A DNA stretch of 32,305 nt, from positions 1 to 32,305 of the forward strand of contig JAUCBJ010004785.1 of the NCBI GenBank assembly GCA_032718475.1. Reading direction: 5' to 3'. The DNA comes from Nemertoderma westbladi. Its lineage: Eukaryota; Animalia; Xenacoelomorpha. Positions 11,701 to 22,366 of the stretch are shown here, one piece after another (the stretch's first letter is position 1; the number at the start of each line of letters is the position of its first letter). Below the pieces are notes generated by a model, which was not told the DNA's origin, ran no database searches, and saw only the letters and a program-made list of their open reading frames with translations. A program made the position numbers and the translations under genes.

Positions 11701-12556
11701 TTTTGAGTATTCCATTATATTTATAAACTATGTAAAATCATTTTGAGAAATTCACACGCAATTTGCTACACAAACACCCTATATGGGACACAAACACCCT
11801 ATATGGGACATAAAGAACCTATTTGGGACAAATTTAAATTAAAGCTATGATAGTGAATTCTATTTTATTTTGAGTATTCCATTATATTTATTAACTATGT
11901 AAAATCATTTTGAGAAAGTCACACGCAATTTGCTACATAAACACCCTATATGGGACACAAACACCCTATATGGGACATAAACAACCTATTTGGGACAAAT
12001 GTAAATTAAAGCTATGATGGTGAATTCTATTTTATTTTGAGTATTCCATTATATTTATAAACTATGTAAAATCGTTTTGAGAAAGTCACACGCTATTTGG
12101 GACACAAACACCCTATATGGGACACAAACACACTATATGGGACATAAACAACCTATTTGGAACAAATTTAAATTAAAGCAATGATAGTGAATTATATTTT
12201 CTTTTGAGTATTCCATTATATTTATAAACTATGTAAAATCATTTTGAGAAATTCACACGCTATTTGGCACTCAAACACCCTATATGGGACAAAAACAACC
12301 TATTTGGGACAAATTGAAATTAAAGCTCTGGTAGTGAATTCTATATTCTTTTGAGTCCCTTACATTTAGAAACTATTTGAAATCATTATAAGCAATACAT
12401 ACCTTATACGGGACACAAACACCCTATATGGGACAAAAACAACCTATTTGGGACAAAATTAAATTAAAGCTATAATAGTGGATTCTATCTTCTTTTGAGT
12501 ATTTCAATATATTTATAAACTATGTAAAATCATTTTGAGAAAGTCACACGCAATTT
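11701..12556. repeat. Tandem satellite-like array, 167-bp monomer with internal 20-bp subrepeats (~5.4 copies)
   Basis: The G of TTTTGAGT recurs at 11705, 11872, 12039, 12206, 12353 and 12497 (periods 167,167,167,147,144); subrepeat CACAAACACCCTATATGGGA. Confidence 0.95.
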
Positions 12557-12632
12557 TTGAGTTATTTGTACTTATGTGTCCATGCGGTGCCTTCCAGGCA
12601 CGTCGACATCACCCGCAATCAGTTCTAGAGTT

Positions 12633-15206
12633 CTATAGTGCTCCTCCCGAACCCTCCAGGAACCATATCAGTTCTTTCCCTCTATCATCATCTTGCTTCA
12701 GTCGCTTACTCCCCTCCTGTTTGCTCTTGAGGCCACTCATTCTCGCTGATACTGTCTTGCCAAGCCCCGTTGTTGGTTTCTTGGGTGCGGGCGTTATTAC
12801 TTCGTGATATCGCATCGCAGGTGGTCCCACCGAGTGTCCCTCCTGCTTCCCCCTGGTAGCATCCCACAAGATCATCTTCATCCCATGCGGCACATGTTCC
12901 ACCAGAAAATCCCTGAACTCCATCCTGTTTTCTGGTGACCATCTGTCCAGATATCTTTGGGTGTTAATGACCCCTCCATACGATGATGACCCCTCCGCTG
13001 TTGCTACCTCCTGATATGTGAATGGTACGCTGTTGCTACCTCCTGATACGTGAATGGTAGTCTCCTCTTGGTAATCTCCTGGTGGGCCTGCAGGTTAATG
13101 TTGAAAAACCCCCACCGGAACTCCTGGGCCTTTATCCTTTGCCTTGTCATGATTCCGACGTCAGCCCAATCCTCGAAGATACGGAATTTCTCCTCATCCT
13201 CCATCCAGTCACACTGGCGCTCAAAGTGCCCCCTGAACTTGCACTTCGAACACCTGTGGTGCAACCATTGGCACGCACCCATCCTATGGGTAGACTCGTG
13301 GCAATATAGACATGTCGTCCCCTTTTGGTAACAATACAGACAGTTCTTCTGCTGATGGGTCAATCTACCACAGTAGTCGCAACTGTCTATCACTGTCTCT
13401 CGCACCAAGTCGTCCTTGGCTCCGCATAGAATCCTGGGTCTATGGAACCGCTGATAGGTGAACATTTCGACCTTGTCCTCCCTATCCATGTCGATGTCCT
13501 CCTCCTCCTCCTCCCTTGGCATCATTTCCCCAAACACTACTCATGGTCCGATTCCCAGTTGCTCGCCCAGCCAAATCGTGTTCACCAGGAAATCCATCAC
13601 CCGCTCCCAGGCTCGCTTGCCAGGTGCGTCCCAGAACGCTCTCGCCCCGCTGGCTGCCAACACTCTCCCATCCACCCAGTCCGTGTCCGACTGGCTGATT
13701 CTCTCTATCGGTGGCATCTCCCTGAACTCATCCTCATCTACTTCCTCTGTCACGAGCGGCCCCAAACCCGGGATCCCGGTTGATCCACCATGTCCCTTCC
13801 CAGCCTGGCACTCACCCGCAACCCTCCACCCTTCCATCGCCCTCGGTCTCTTCCTTATGAAGTCGCCCTCAGACCCCGCAGGCATTGGCATTCCCTGCAG
13901 TCCCGATGTAGACTGCATCGGTGTCTCTTCCATCCAATCCACCTCGCCCCCCAGCCGAAACTCGCCCGAGGTCTCTGATCCCCACCTCAACTCGTCCAAA
14001 TCTTGGGCCTCAAAATCGTACTCCCCTCCCCTTATATCCGCCTCTCTACCTGCTGCATCCCTCCTCTCTCTCCTGGCGACTTCCTCTAGCCTCATTTCCT
14101 CTTCTCTATCCGCCTCGTGTTTCTTCCATTGTTTGTGCGGTGTGTCTACCTCTCTGTCCACCAGGTGTCGGGTATCGTAATACACTGATTCGCCCTTCTG
14201 CCCAGGGTGGTTTACAAGACCTGCTAGGGCTACCTTAAATGCTCCCCTGTGGTTCAGAGCTGCTCCCATTAGTAGAATCGCCGCCGGCTCCCTGCCAATA
14301 GCCACCATGATAAATAGCTTCAGTAAACCTATCATTATCCAGTCTTCCTGTAAGATATATCTCTTCTGATATATCTTTATCACTCCCTTCCGGAAGTGAT
14401 ATAACTCTTCCTTCCCTGGTCTCGCTCCCCATTTGAGTGAGTTCGCAAGCTCCGCCCCGTATTCCTCTTGGAACTTATTCCACTCCATCGGCTTGTAGCA
14501 GATGAGCCCCATCAGCTGGCCCATCGCCACAGCTCCACATTGTCCCGTGTTATCCCCAATCCCAATCCATTTGGTTTCGTCATAGCAATGTAGACTACCT
14601 GCATGTCCAGAAGTTTTGGGGTGCCCGGTCCAACAATCCTTTCCACGTCGCTGCGTATCACCGATCCAACCTTGATCGTAGTCTTCAGCCTTACTAGTTC
14701 CTGCACCGCATTCGGTAACCAGTTTAATTTCGGCCTGCTCCTCTTCCCGTAGGTCCCTAGGTCGAATAGAAGGATATCTCCTTTCGGCGCTGCTAAATGC
14801 AGCAATATAGTCCTACCCGATCCCCTTCTCGACCCTTCGTCATCCTCCACAGTCCTCACGTCGCCTAGGGTCATGTATCCGCGGAATCCATAGAATCTAC
14901 AAACCTCCTCCATTCCTTCCTTGGTGGTTCCCTTGCGTACTTCGGTATCCCGAAGGTTGCCTCGTCTCCCTTTACAACGTAATGAAGATGCTCGTTGATT
15001 GCATAGGCCATAGGTGCCGACCAGTCGTCTCTCGTGGATCTCCCTAAACTGATCTTATATTATAGCGCGTGCGCTTTCTGACTTTTCGGGAGTCATTTGT
15101 AGTATTCCCTCGTCTTATTCTCTGGATGCCTCAGCGTGAAGTCCACTAGTAACTCCTTCCCGCTTTTCTCCGACTTCCTCTTCTTCACCAGTTTCTCCGC
15201 CATCAT
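12633..15206 (-). pseudogene. Decayed intronless ORF: DnaQ/WRN-EXD-like 3'-5' exonuclease domain, acidic linker, three CCHC zinc knuckles
   Basis: Exonuclease-like: VEDDEG...TILLHLAAPKGDILLFDL...LPNAVQELV..KTTIKVGSVIRSDVERI...LLDMQ...YQKRYILQED. Knuckles: CDYCGRLTHQQKNC, CLYCHESTHRMGAC, CSKCKFRGHFERQC. Fragments are collinear; lesions are two stops near the N-terminus, frameshifts at ~14920 and ~14530, an in-frame stop at 13541 and a 32-bp duplication. Confidence 0.7.
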
Positions 15207-15700
15207 GATTCCACTCTCTCACCAGGCTGGTGGTGCCTTAGAAAGGCTCAGTTAGGTAAGATGTTACTAAATATGGTCTTAATTAGCTTTCATCAGTGAT
15301 GGCCTACCTCCTATCTGTTCTTTTGTCAAATTTTGTACAGATATTTCCCCCTATATGCCAATAATGTGCCTAATTCGTAATTTTGTCCGTTACTTTTATT
15401 AATGATTCTAGAATCCTTCTTCCCAGTTGCTATAATTTTCTAATTTTTTATTATTATTTAATATTCACCCCCCTATGTGCTACTATTCTACCTGCTACTC
15501 AATTACTACGTAAGTAATTCACTTCTACTTGTCTACAGAGAAGACTAGCTACAGTTTTCTTATTGTTGTACTAGCTTCCTACCAGACAGCTTTCTGGCTC
15601 TGTAACAATACCCTAAGTCTGTATTATGGGCTATGCGCTATGGTAGTCTAGTTCGTGCAGCCTACAGTCTATTCTACTATGCCTACATACTCCCTCCAAC

Positions 15701-15783
15701 TTAATTAATTAATCTAATGTTTGGAATGGTGAATAGGCTTGTAAACTAGAAAGCCATGGCCCTTCAGGCCATGGGCTTTCTAG
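15701..15783 (+). mobile_element. Orphan Helitron-like 3' terminus (family A type)
   Basis: TAATGTTTGGAATGGTGAATAGGCTTGT plus hairpin and CTAG matches the 3' ends at ~17838-17905 and ~20016-20084; upstream sequence is unrelated. Confidence 0.7.
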
Positions 15784-15812
15784 TCTATCTATCTATATAT
15801 ATAAATATCATG

Positions 15813-15843
<31 letters not shown>

Positions 15844-16084
15844 TTGTTTGTCTGTCCAAGCTATACGTTTCTACACACAAGCACCAACCTGAGCTCGCGA
15901 TACATCGAACGAAAGCTCTCGTCACGAGCACGTGCACTGTCGCTATCTCGAGTCTTATTTTACGCGTTTGTTTTCGTGAATGCAGATTTCGTGAATTTGG
16001 TACCGGTAGCGCAGTAGGCCTAGCAGTTCATTCTGTCACTCTACATGTTGGGTCTCGACTATTATGCTACTTTTTGATACCAGA

Positions 16085-17580
16085 CATAATCTGTTCTAAA
16101 TGATACTTTGCAGATCTGTTCCCGACCATAGACTGTGTGTTTGGGAGGACACTGATCAATCTGCAGTTCTCCAGTCTGCCGCTAGGGGGCGAAATATCCG
16201 AAACTGAAAACATCTCCCATTTCGTTATTATTAAAGCCTTTTAGCTGATACATGGCAGAGGTCTTCTACACCATAGGCTTTGTGTTTGGGGAGGATGCTG
16301 ACCAATCTGCAATTCCCCAGTCTGCCGCTAGGGGGAGAAATATCTGAAAGTGAAAACCTTATCCCATTTCTTTGTTTATAATGATTTTTTGCTGATACTT
16401 GGCAGAGGTCTACTACACCATACAGCGTGTTTGGGGAGGAGCTAATCAGTCTGCATTTCTCCAGTCTACCGCTAGGGGGCCAAATGTCTGAAAGTGAAAA
16501 CCTTATCCCATTTCGTTATTAATAATGCTTTTAGGCTGACACTTGGCAGATGTGTATTACACCATATGGTGTGTGTCTGTGGAGGACGCCCAACTATCTG
16601 CAGTTCTCCATTCGGCCGCTAGGGGGCGAAATATCTGAAAGTGAAAACCTTATCCCATTTCGTTGTTTATAATACTTATAGGCTGGTTCTTGGCAGAGGT
16701 CTACTACACCATAGGTTGCGTGTTTGTGGAAAACTCTCACCAATCTGCAATTCCCCCGTCTGCCACTAGGGGGCCAAATGTCTGAAAGTGAAAATCTTAT
16801 CCCATTTCGTTATTAATAATGCTTTTAGGCTGACACTTGGCAGCTGTGTATTACACCATATGGTGTGTGTCTGTGGAGGACGCCCAACTACCTGGAGTTC
16901 TCCATTCGGCCGCTAGGGGGCGAAATATCTGAAAGTGAAAACCTTATCCCATTTCGTTGTTTATAATACTTATAGGCTGATACTTGGCAGAGGTCTACTA
17001 CACCATAGGCTGCGTGTTTGTGGAGAACTCTGACCAAGCTGCAATTCCTCTGTCTGCCACTAGGGGGCGCAATGTCTGAAAGTGAAAACCTTCACCCATT
17101 TCGTTATTAATAATGGTTTTATGCTGATACTTTGCAGAGGTCTTCTACACCATAGACTGTGTTTTTGTGGAGAACTCTGACCAATCTGCAATTCCTAAGT
17201 CTGCCGCTAGAGGGTGAAATGTCTGAAATGAAAACCTTCTCCAATTTCGTTGTTTCTAATGCTTTTTTTTATATTTGGGAAAGTTATACTACACCATAGG
17301 CTGTGTGTTTGGGGCGGATGCTAACCAGTCTGCAGTTCTCCAGTATACTGCTAGAGGGTGCGAAATGTCTGAAAAGTGAAAACATTCTCACATTTATTTA
17401 TTAAAAATGCATTTAGGCTGATACTTGGCAGAGGTCTACTGTTGTACTACATCATTGGCTGCGTCTTTGGGAAGGACGTTGACCAGTCTGCAGTTCTCCA
17501 GTCCGCCACTAGGGGACGAATTATCTGAAAGTTAAATCCTTCTCCCATTTAAATGCTTTAGAGTTGATTCTTGGCAGCGA
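16085..17580 (+). repeat. ~146-147-bp tandem array in A1 (~10 monomers)
   Basis: CC(G/A)CTAGGGGGC core at ~16179, 16325, 16469, 16616, 16763, 16910, 17057, 17203, with more degenerate copies at ~17349 and ~17506. Confidence 0.95.
16161..16191 (+). promoter_or_regulatory. Representative extended CTCF-like motif (repeated in nearly every array monomer)
   Basis: CTGCAGTTCT-CCAGTC-TG-CCGCTAGGGGGCG; another example CTGCAATTCC-TCTGTC-TG-CCACTAGGGGGCGC at 17039-17070. Sequence match only; binding is not shown. Confidence 0.6.
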
Positions 17581-17905
17581 TCTAAAATTACTGTACAGTA
17601 CCTACTAAATTTACGAGGATGATAACCTGCAGTTCTACAGTTTAACCTTTTTCCATATTTTTACTATTTTGTAATCCTTTGGAAATGATACTTGGTAGGC
17701 ATTTACTACAGTATATACAACAAGCCTTATGTTGTACATAGTAGTTTGTAGTAAAATAGCTTCAGTAATTTTGTTTGAGAGAACACTCAATCATGTGACG
17801 TTTTGTTAAGTTAAGTTAATTAATTAATTACAGAATTAATGTTTGGAATGGTGAATAGGCTTGTGAACTAGAAAGCCGTGGCCCGAAGGGCCACTGGCTT
17901 TCTAG

Positions 17906-20084
17906 TCTATCTATATATATAAATATCATGTGTTTGTCTGTCTGTCTGTCCAAGCTATACGTTTCTACAAACAAGCACCAATCGGAGCTCGCGATACATC
18001 GAACGAAAGCTCTCGTCACGAGCACGTGCACTGTCGCTATCTCGAGTCTTATTTTACGCATTTGTTTGCGTGAATGCAGATTTCGTGAAATTGGTACCGG
18101 TAGCACGGTAGGCCTAGCAGTTCATTCTGTCACTCTACATGTTGGGTCTCGACTATTATGCTACTTTTTGATGCGCATCTACGTGATGCAGACTGCCCCG
18201 AGCACATGGACACGAAACGTCGTTATATCGAGGCGAATTTTATGCATCATTTATGCATGAATGCGTATTTGTGGTCAAATTGGGCTATTATTCCATAACC
18301 ATTTTCAGCCAAATTTGTCAACCAGCAGGAAACTCTATAACAGCGGTTGCACCAACAGACTCAATCTGTTCTAAATGATACTTTGCAGATACGCTCCTGA
18401 CCATAGACTGTGTGTTTGGGAAGACACTGATCAATCTGGAGTTCTCCAGTCTGCTGCTAGGGGGCAAAATGTCAGAAACTGAAAACCTTCTCCCATTTCG
18501 TTATTATTAATGCCTTTTAGCTGATACGTGGCAGAGGTCTACTATACCATAGGCTGTGTGTTTTCGGAGGATGCTGACTAATCTGCCATTCCCCAGTCTG
18601 CCGCTAGGGGGAGAAATATCTGAAAGTGAAAACCTTTTCCCATTTCGTTGTTTATAATGCTTTTTTGCTGATACTTGGCAGAAGTCGACTACACCATAGA
18701 CTGCGTGTTTGTAGAGAACTCTGAATAATCTGAAATTCCTCTGTCTGCCGGTAGGGGGTGCAATGTCTGAAAGTGAAAACCTTCACCCATTTCGTTGTTT
18801 ATACTGCTTTTTTGCTGATACTTGGCAGAGGTCTACTACACCAAGACTGCGTGTTTGGGGAGGAGCTAGAACCAGTCTGCATTTATCCAGTCTACCGCTA
18901 GGGGGCCAAATATCTGAAAGTGAAAACCTTATCCAATTTCGTTATTAATAATGCTTTTAGGCTGACACTTGGCAGATGTGTATTACACCATAGGTTGTGT
19001 GTCTGGAGAGGATGCCGAACAACCTGCAGTTCTCTATTCGGCCGCTAGGGGGCGAAATGTCTGAACGTGAAAACCTAGCAGCTTATCCCATTTTGATGTT
19101 TATAATGTTTTTAGGCTGATACTTGTCAGAGGTCTACTACATCAAAGACTGCGTGTTTGTGGAGAACTAAGACCAATCTGCAATAGCTCTGTCTGCCGCT
19201 CGGGGCGCAATGTCTGAAAGTGAAAACTTTTATGCATTTCATTGTTTATAATGCTTTTTTGCTGATAGTTGGCAGAGGTCTACTACACCATAGACTAATT
19301 GTTTGGGGAGGAGATAGAACCAGTCTGCATTTATCCAGTCTACCGCTTGGGGGCCAAATGTCTGAAAGTGAAAACCTTATCCCATTTCGTTATTAATATG
19401 ATTTCAGGCTGACACTTGCCAGATGTGTAGTACACCATAGGGTGTGTGTCTAGGTAAGACGCCGAACAAACTGCAGTTCTCCATTCGGCCGGTAGGGGGT
19501 GAAATGTCTGAAAGTGAAAACCTTATCCCGTTTCGTTGTTTCTAATACTTTTAGGCTGATACTTGTCAGAGGTCTACTACACCATAGACTGCGTGTTTGT
19601 GGAAAACTCTGACCAATCTGCAATTTCTCAGTCTGCCGCTAGAGGGTGAAATGTCTCAAGTGAAATCCTTTTCCCATTTCGTTGTTTCTAATGCTTTGTT
19701 GCTTATACTTGGGAAAGGCATGCTTGACCATAGGCTGTTTGTATGGGGAGGATGCTAACCAGTCTGTGGATTTCCAGTCTACTGCTAGGGTGCGAAAAAT
19801 CTGAATCTGAAAAGTAAAAACATTCTCACATTTATTTATTAAAAATGCTTTACGCTGATAATTGTCAGAGGTCTACTGTACTACATCATAAGGCTGCTGC
19901 ATCTATGCGAATGACGTTGACCAGTGTAGATATCTGAAAAGTAAAACAGCATCAGTCCTTTTGTTTGAGAGAACACTCTCAGTCATATGAAGTTTTGTTA
20001 AGATAATTAATTAATTAATGTTTGGAATGGTGAATAGGCTTGTGAACTAGAAAGCCGTGGCCCAAAGGGCCACTGGCTTTCTAG
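17906..20084 (+). mobile_element. Non-autonomous Helitron-like element A2 with ~10-monomer array (~18360-19930)
   Basis: Near-identical 5' region to A1 (AAGCTATACGTTTCTAC...GGTACCGGTAGC...), same array type, 3' hairpin and CTAG at 20046-20084. Confidence 0.8.
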
Positions 20085-20114
20085 TCTATCTTATCTAATA
20101 TATATAAATCTCGA

Positions 20115-20186
<72 letters not shown>

Positions 20187-22366
20187 GTGTTTGTCATCGG
20201 CTATACAATCGAACCCATCTCGATGAAATCTCGCTTGCTATATCTCGTTAGAAAGGTCTCGCCCTAACTCGTTGCAACGTAATACTCAGAGCCGTCTGAG
20301 GTTCGCCCGTCTGCCGCTAGAGGGCGATTTTCGTGATTTTCGGGCGAAATTTATCGAATTATTTCGGTTCTTCTATCGGTAATTAATGATTTAGAGGGCT
20401 AACATTTATCCCACCTGGTATAAAATTAACATGGGTAGATTCGCCGTGTCCCATTCTCACAAAGTTTTTATTTTATTCGAGTGTTTAATATAAATATGTA
20501 TGATTATTTATTGATTAAAAATCAAATAGTGTATAAATATGTCATATTCGCCAAGCACGATCGAATTGGCCTATTGCTATTGAATAGGGAAGGATTGTTT
20601 TCTGTATCATAGCAACGTTAAGGTAATTATTGAACTCGCAGCTAGCTGGCTGGGCACAGATAAGGAGCAAGCAGGCTGGAGTGTTGATTGGGGTGGGTTT
20701 GGGTTGTCTATTGCTAATTGCTCAGAGTAATTCTGCTTTTTCAATCATTGGCTGCAGGGAAGGACAGGTTTATAACATTTTTGTTTTACTGTTATGAATA
20801 TTAAAAGGAAAATAATTATTTCTGTAGGCCTATACTTACAGTACTGTATTATTATTTTATCTAATAGTATACATCTAATCTCGATGAAATCTCGCTTACT
20901 ATAGCTCGTTAGATAGGTCTCGCCCTAAGTCGTTGCAACGTAATACTCAGAGCCGTCTGAAGTTCCCCCGTCTGCCGCTAGAGGGCGAATTGTCCGATAG
21001 TGAAAACCTGATCTTATTGGGTTGTTTTTAATGCTTTTGAGCTGAAACTTGGTAGCTATATACTGCAGCATAGGCTGTATTATTTCCGGAGTCACTGGGT
21101 TGTCTACAGTTCCCCAGTCTACCGTTAGAGGGCTAAATGTCTGAGAGTTAACATCTTCTCCAACTTTGTTATTTACAATCCGTTTAGACTGAAACTTGGT
21201 AGGCATCTACTACAGCATAGACTGTATCTTTACAGAGTAGCAGAGTCGTCTACAATTCCCCGGTCTACCGCTAGAGGGCGAAATGTCTGAAAGTTAACAT
21301 CTTCTCCAACTTTGTTATTTATAATCCATTTAGACTGAACTTGGTAGGCATCTACTACAGCATAGGCTATATCTTTACTGAGTCGCGCAGAGTTGTCTAC
21401 AGTACCCGCGTCTGCCGCTAGAGGGCGAAATGTATGAAAGTTAACATCTTCTCCAACTTTGTTATTTACAATCCTTTTAGACTGAAACTTGGTAGGCATC
21501 TACTATAGCATAGGCTATATCTTTGCGGAGTAGTAGAGTTGTTTACAGTTCCACAGTCAGCCGCAAGAGGGCGAATTGTCTGATAGTGAAAACCTCATCC
21601 CATTTGGTTCTTTTTAATCATTTTGAGCTGAAACTTGGTTGGTATCTACTACATCATAGGCTCTATCTTTACGGAGTTGCAGAGTCCTATACACTTCCCC
21701 GGTCTACCGCTAGAGGGTGAAATGTCTGAAAGTTAACATCTTCTCCAACTTTGTTATTTACAAACGGTTTAGACTGAAACTTGGTAGGCATCTACTACAG
21801 CATAGGCTCTACATTTACTGAGTCGCAGAGTTGTATACAGTTCCCCTATCTGCCGCTAGAGGGCGAATTGTCTGTTAGTGAACACCTCATCCCAATTGGT
21901 TCTTTTTAATCCCTTTGAGCTGGAACTTGGCAGGAATCTACTACAGCATATTCTGTATCTTTACGGAGTCCCAGAGTCGTCTACAGTTCTTCAGTCTACC
22001 GCTAGAGGGTGAAATGTCTGAATGTGAACATCTACACCAATTTTGTTATTTACAATCTGTTTAAGCTGAAACTTGAAAGGCAGGCATTTTACTTCACCAT
22101 AAACCCCATCTTTACCAAACTGCAGCGTCGTCTGCATTTCACCAGTCCGCAGGTAGAGGGTGGATCTGAAAGTGATAATTTTCTGGAAATTTTGTTATTT
22201 ACAATCTGCCTAAAGTTGAAACTTGACAGTTATCTCTTATGGGGGTGGTGTTTTATTTAATGATGGTGTCTGTTCCGTATGCAGTTCTCCAATCTCCCAC
22301 ACATATTCATATATAATCTGCACGTGCACTAGAAAGCTGTGGCCCGAAGGGCCACAGGCTTTCTAG
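20085..22366 (+). mobile_element. Non-autonomous Helitron-like element B1 with ~146-bp array (~20900-22230)
   Basis: 5' TCTATCTTATCTAATATATATAAATCTCG plus (TGTC)n; a distinct body; CCGCTAGAGGGCG-type cores at ~20975, 21122, 21268, 21415, 21561, 21707, 21853, 21999; 3' hairpin 22328-22366. Confidence 0.8.
20116..20186. repeat. (TGTC)n microsatellite, ~17 copies
   Basis: Seen directly; shorter versions sit at the 5' end of the other units. Confidence 0.95.

Larger units (their letters stand above)
15784..17905 (+). mobile_element. Non-autonomous Helitron-like element A1
   Basis: 5' TCTATC..TATATATAAA followed by a (TGTC)n microsatellite, central tandem array, GC-rich 3' hairpin ending CTAG; no TSD. 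Confidence 0.8.

Noticed and set aside
11769-12450. CArG (SRF/MADS) boxes in the 20-bp subrepeat
   Set aside because: CCTATATGG and CCTATTTGG have five, not six, central A/T bases.
13442-14238. Plus-strand ORFs (240 aa Ser/Pro-rich and others)
   Set aside because: Antisense shadows of the purine-rich minus-strand ORF.
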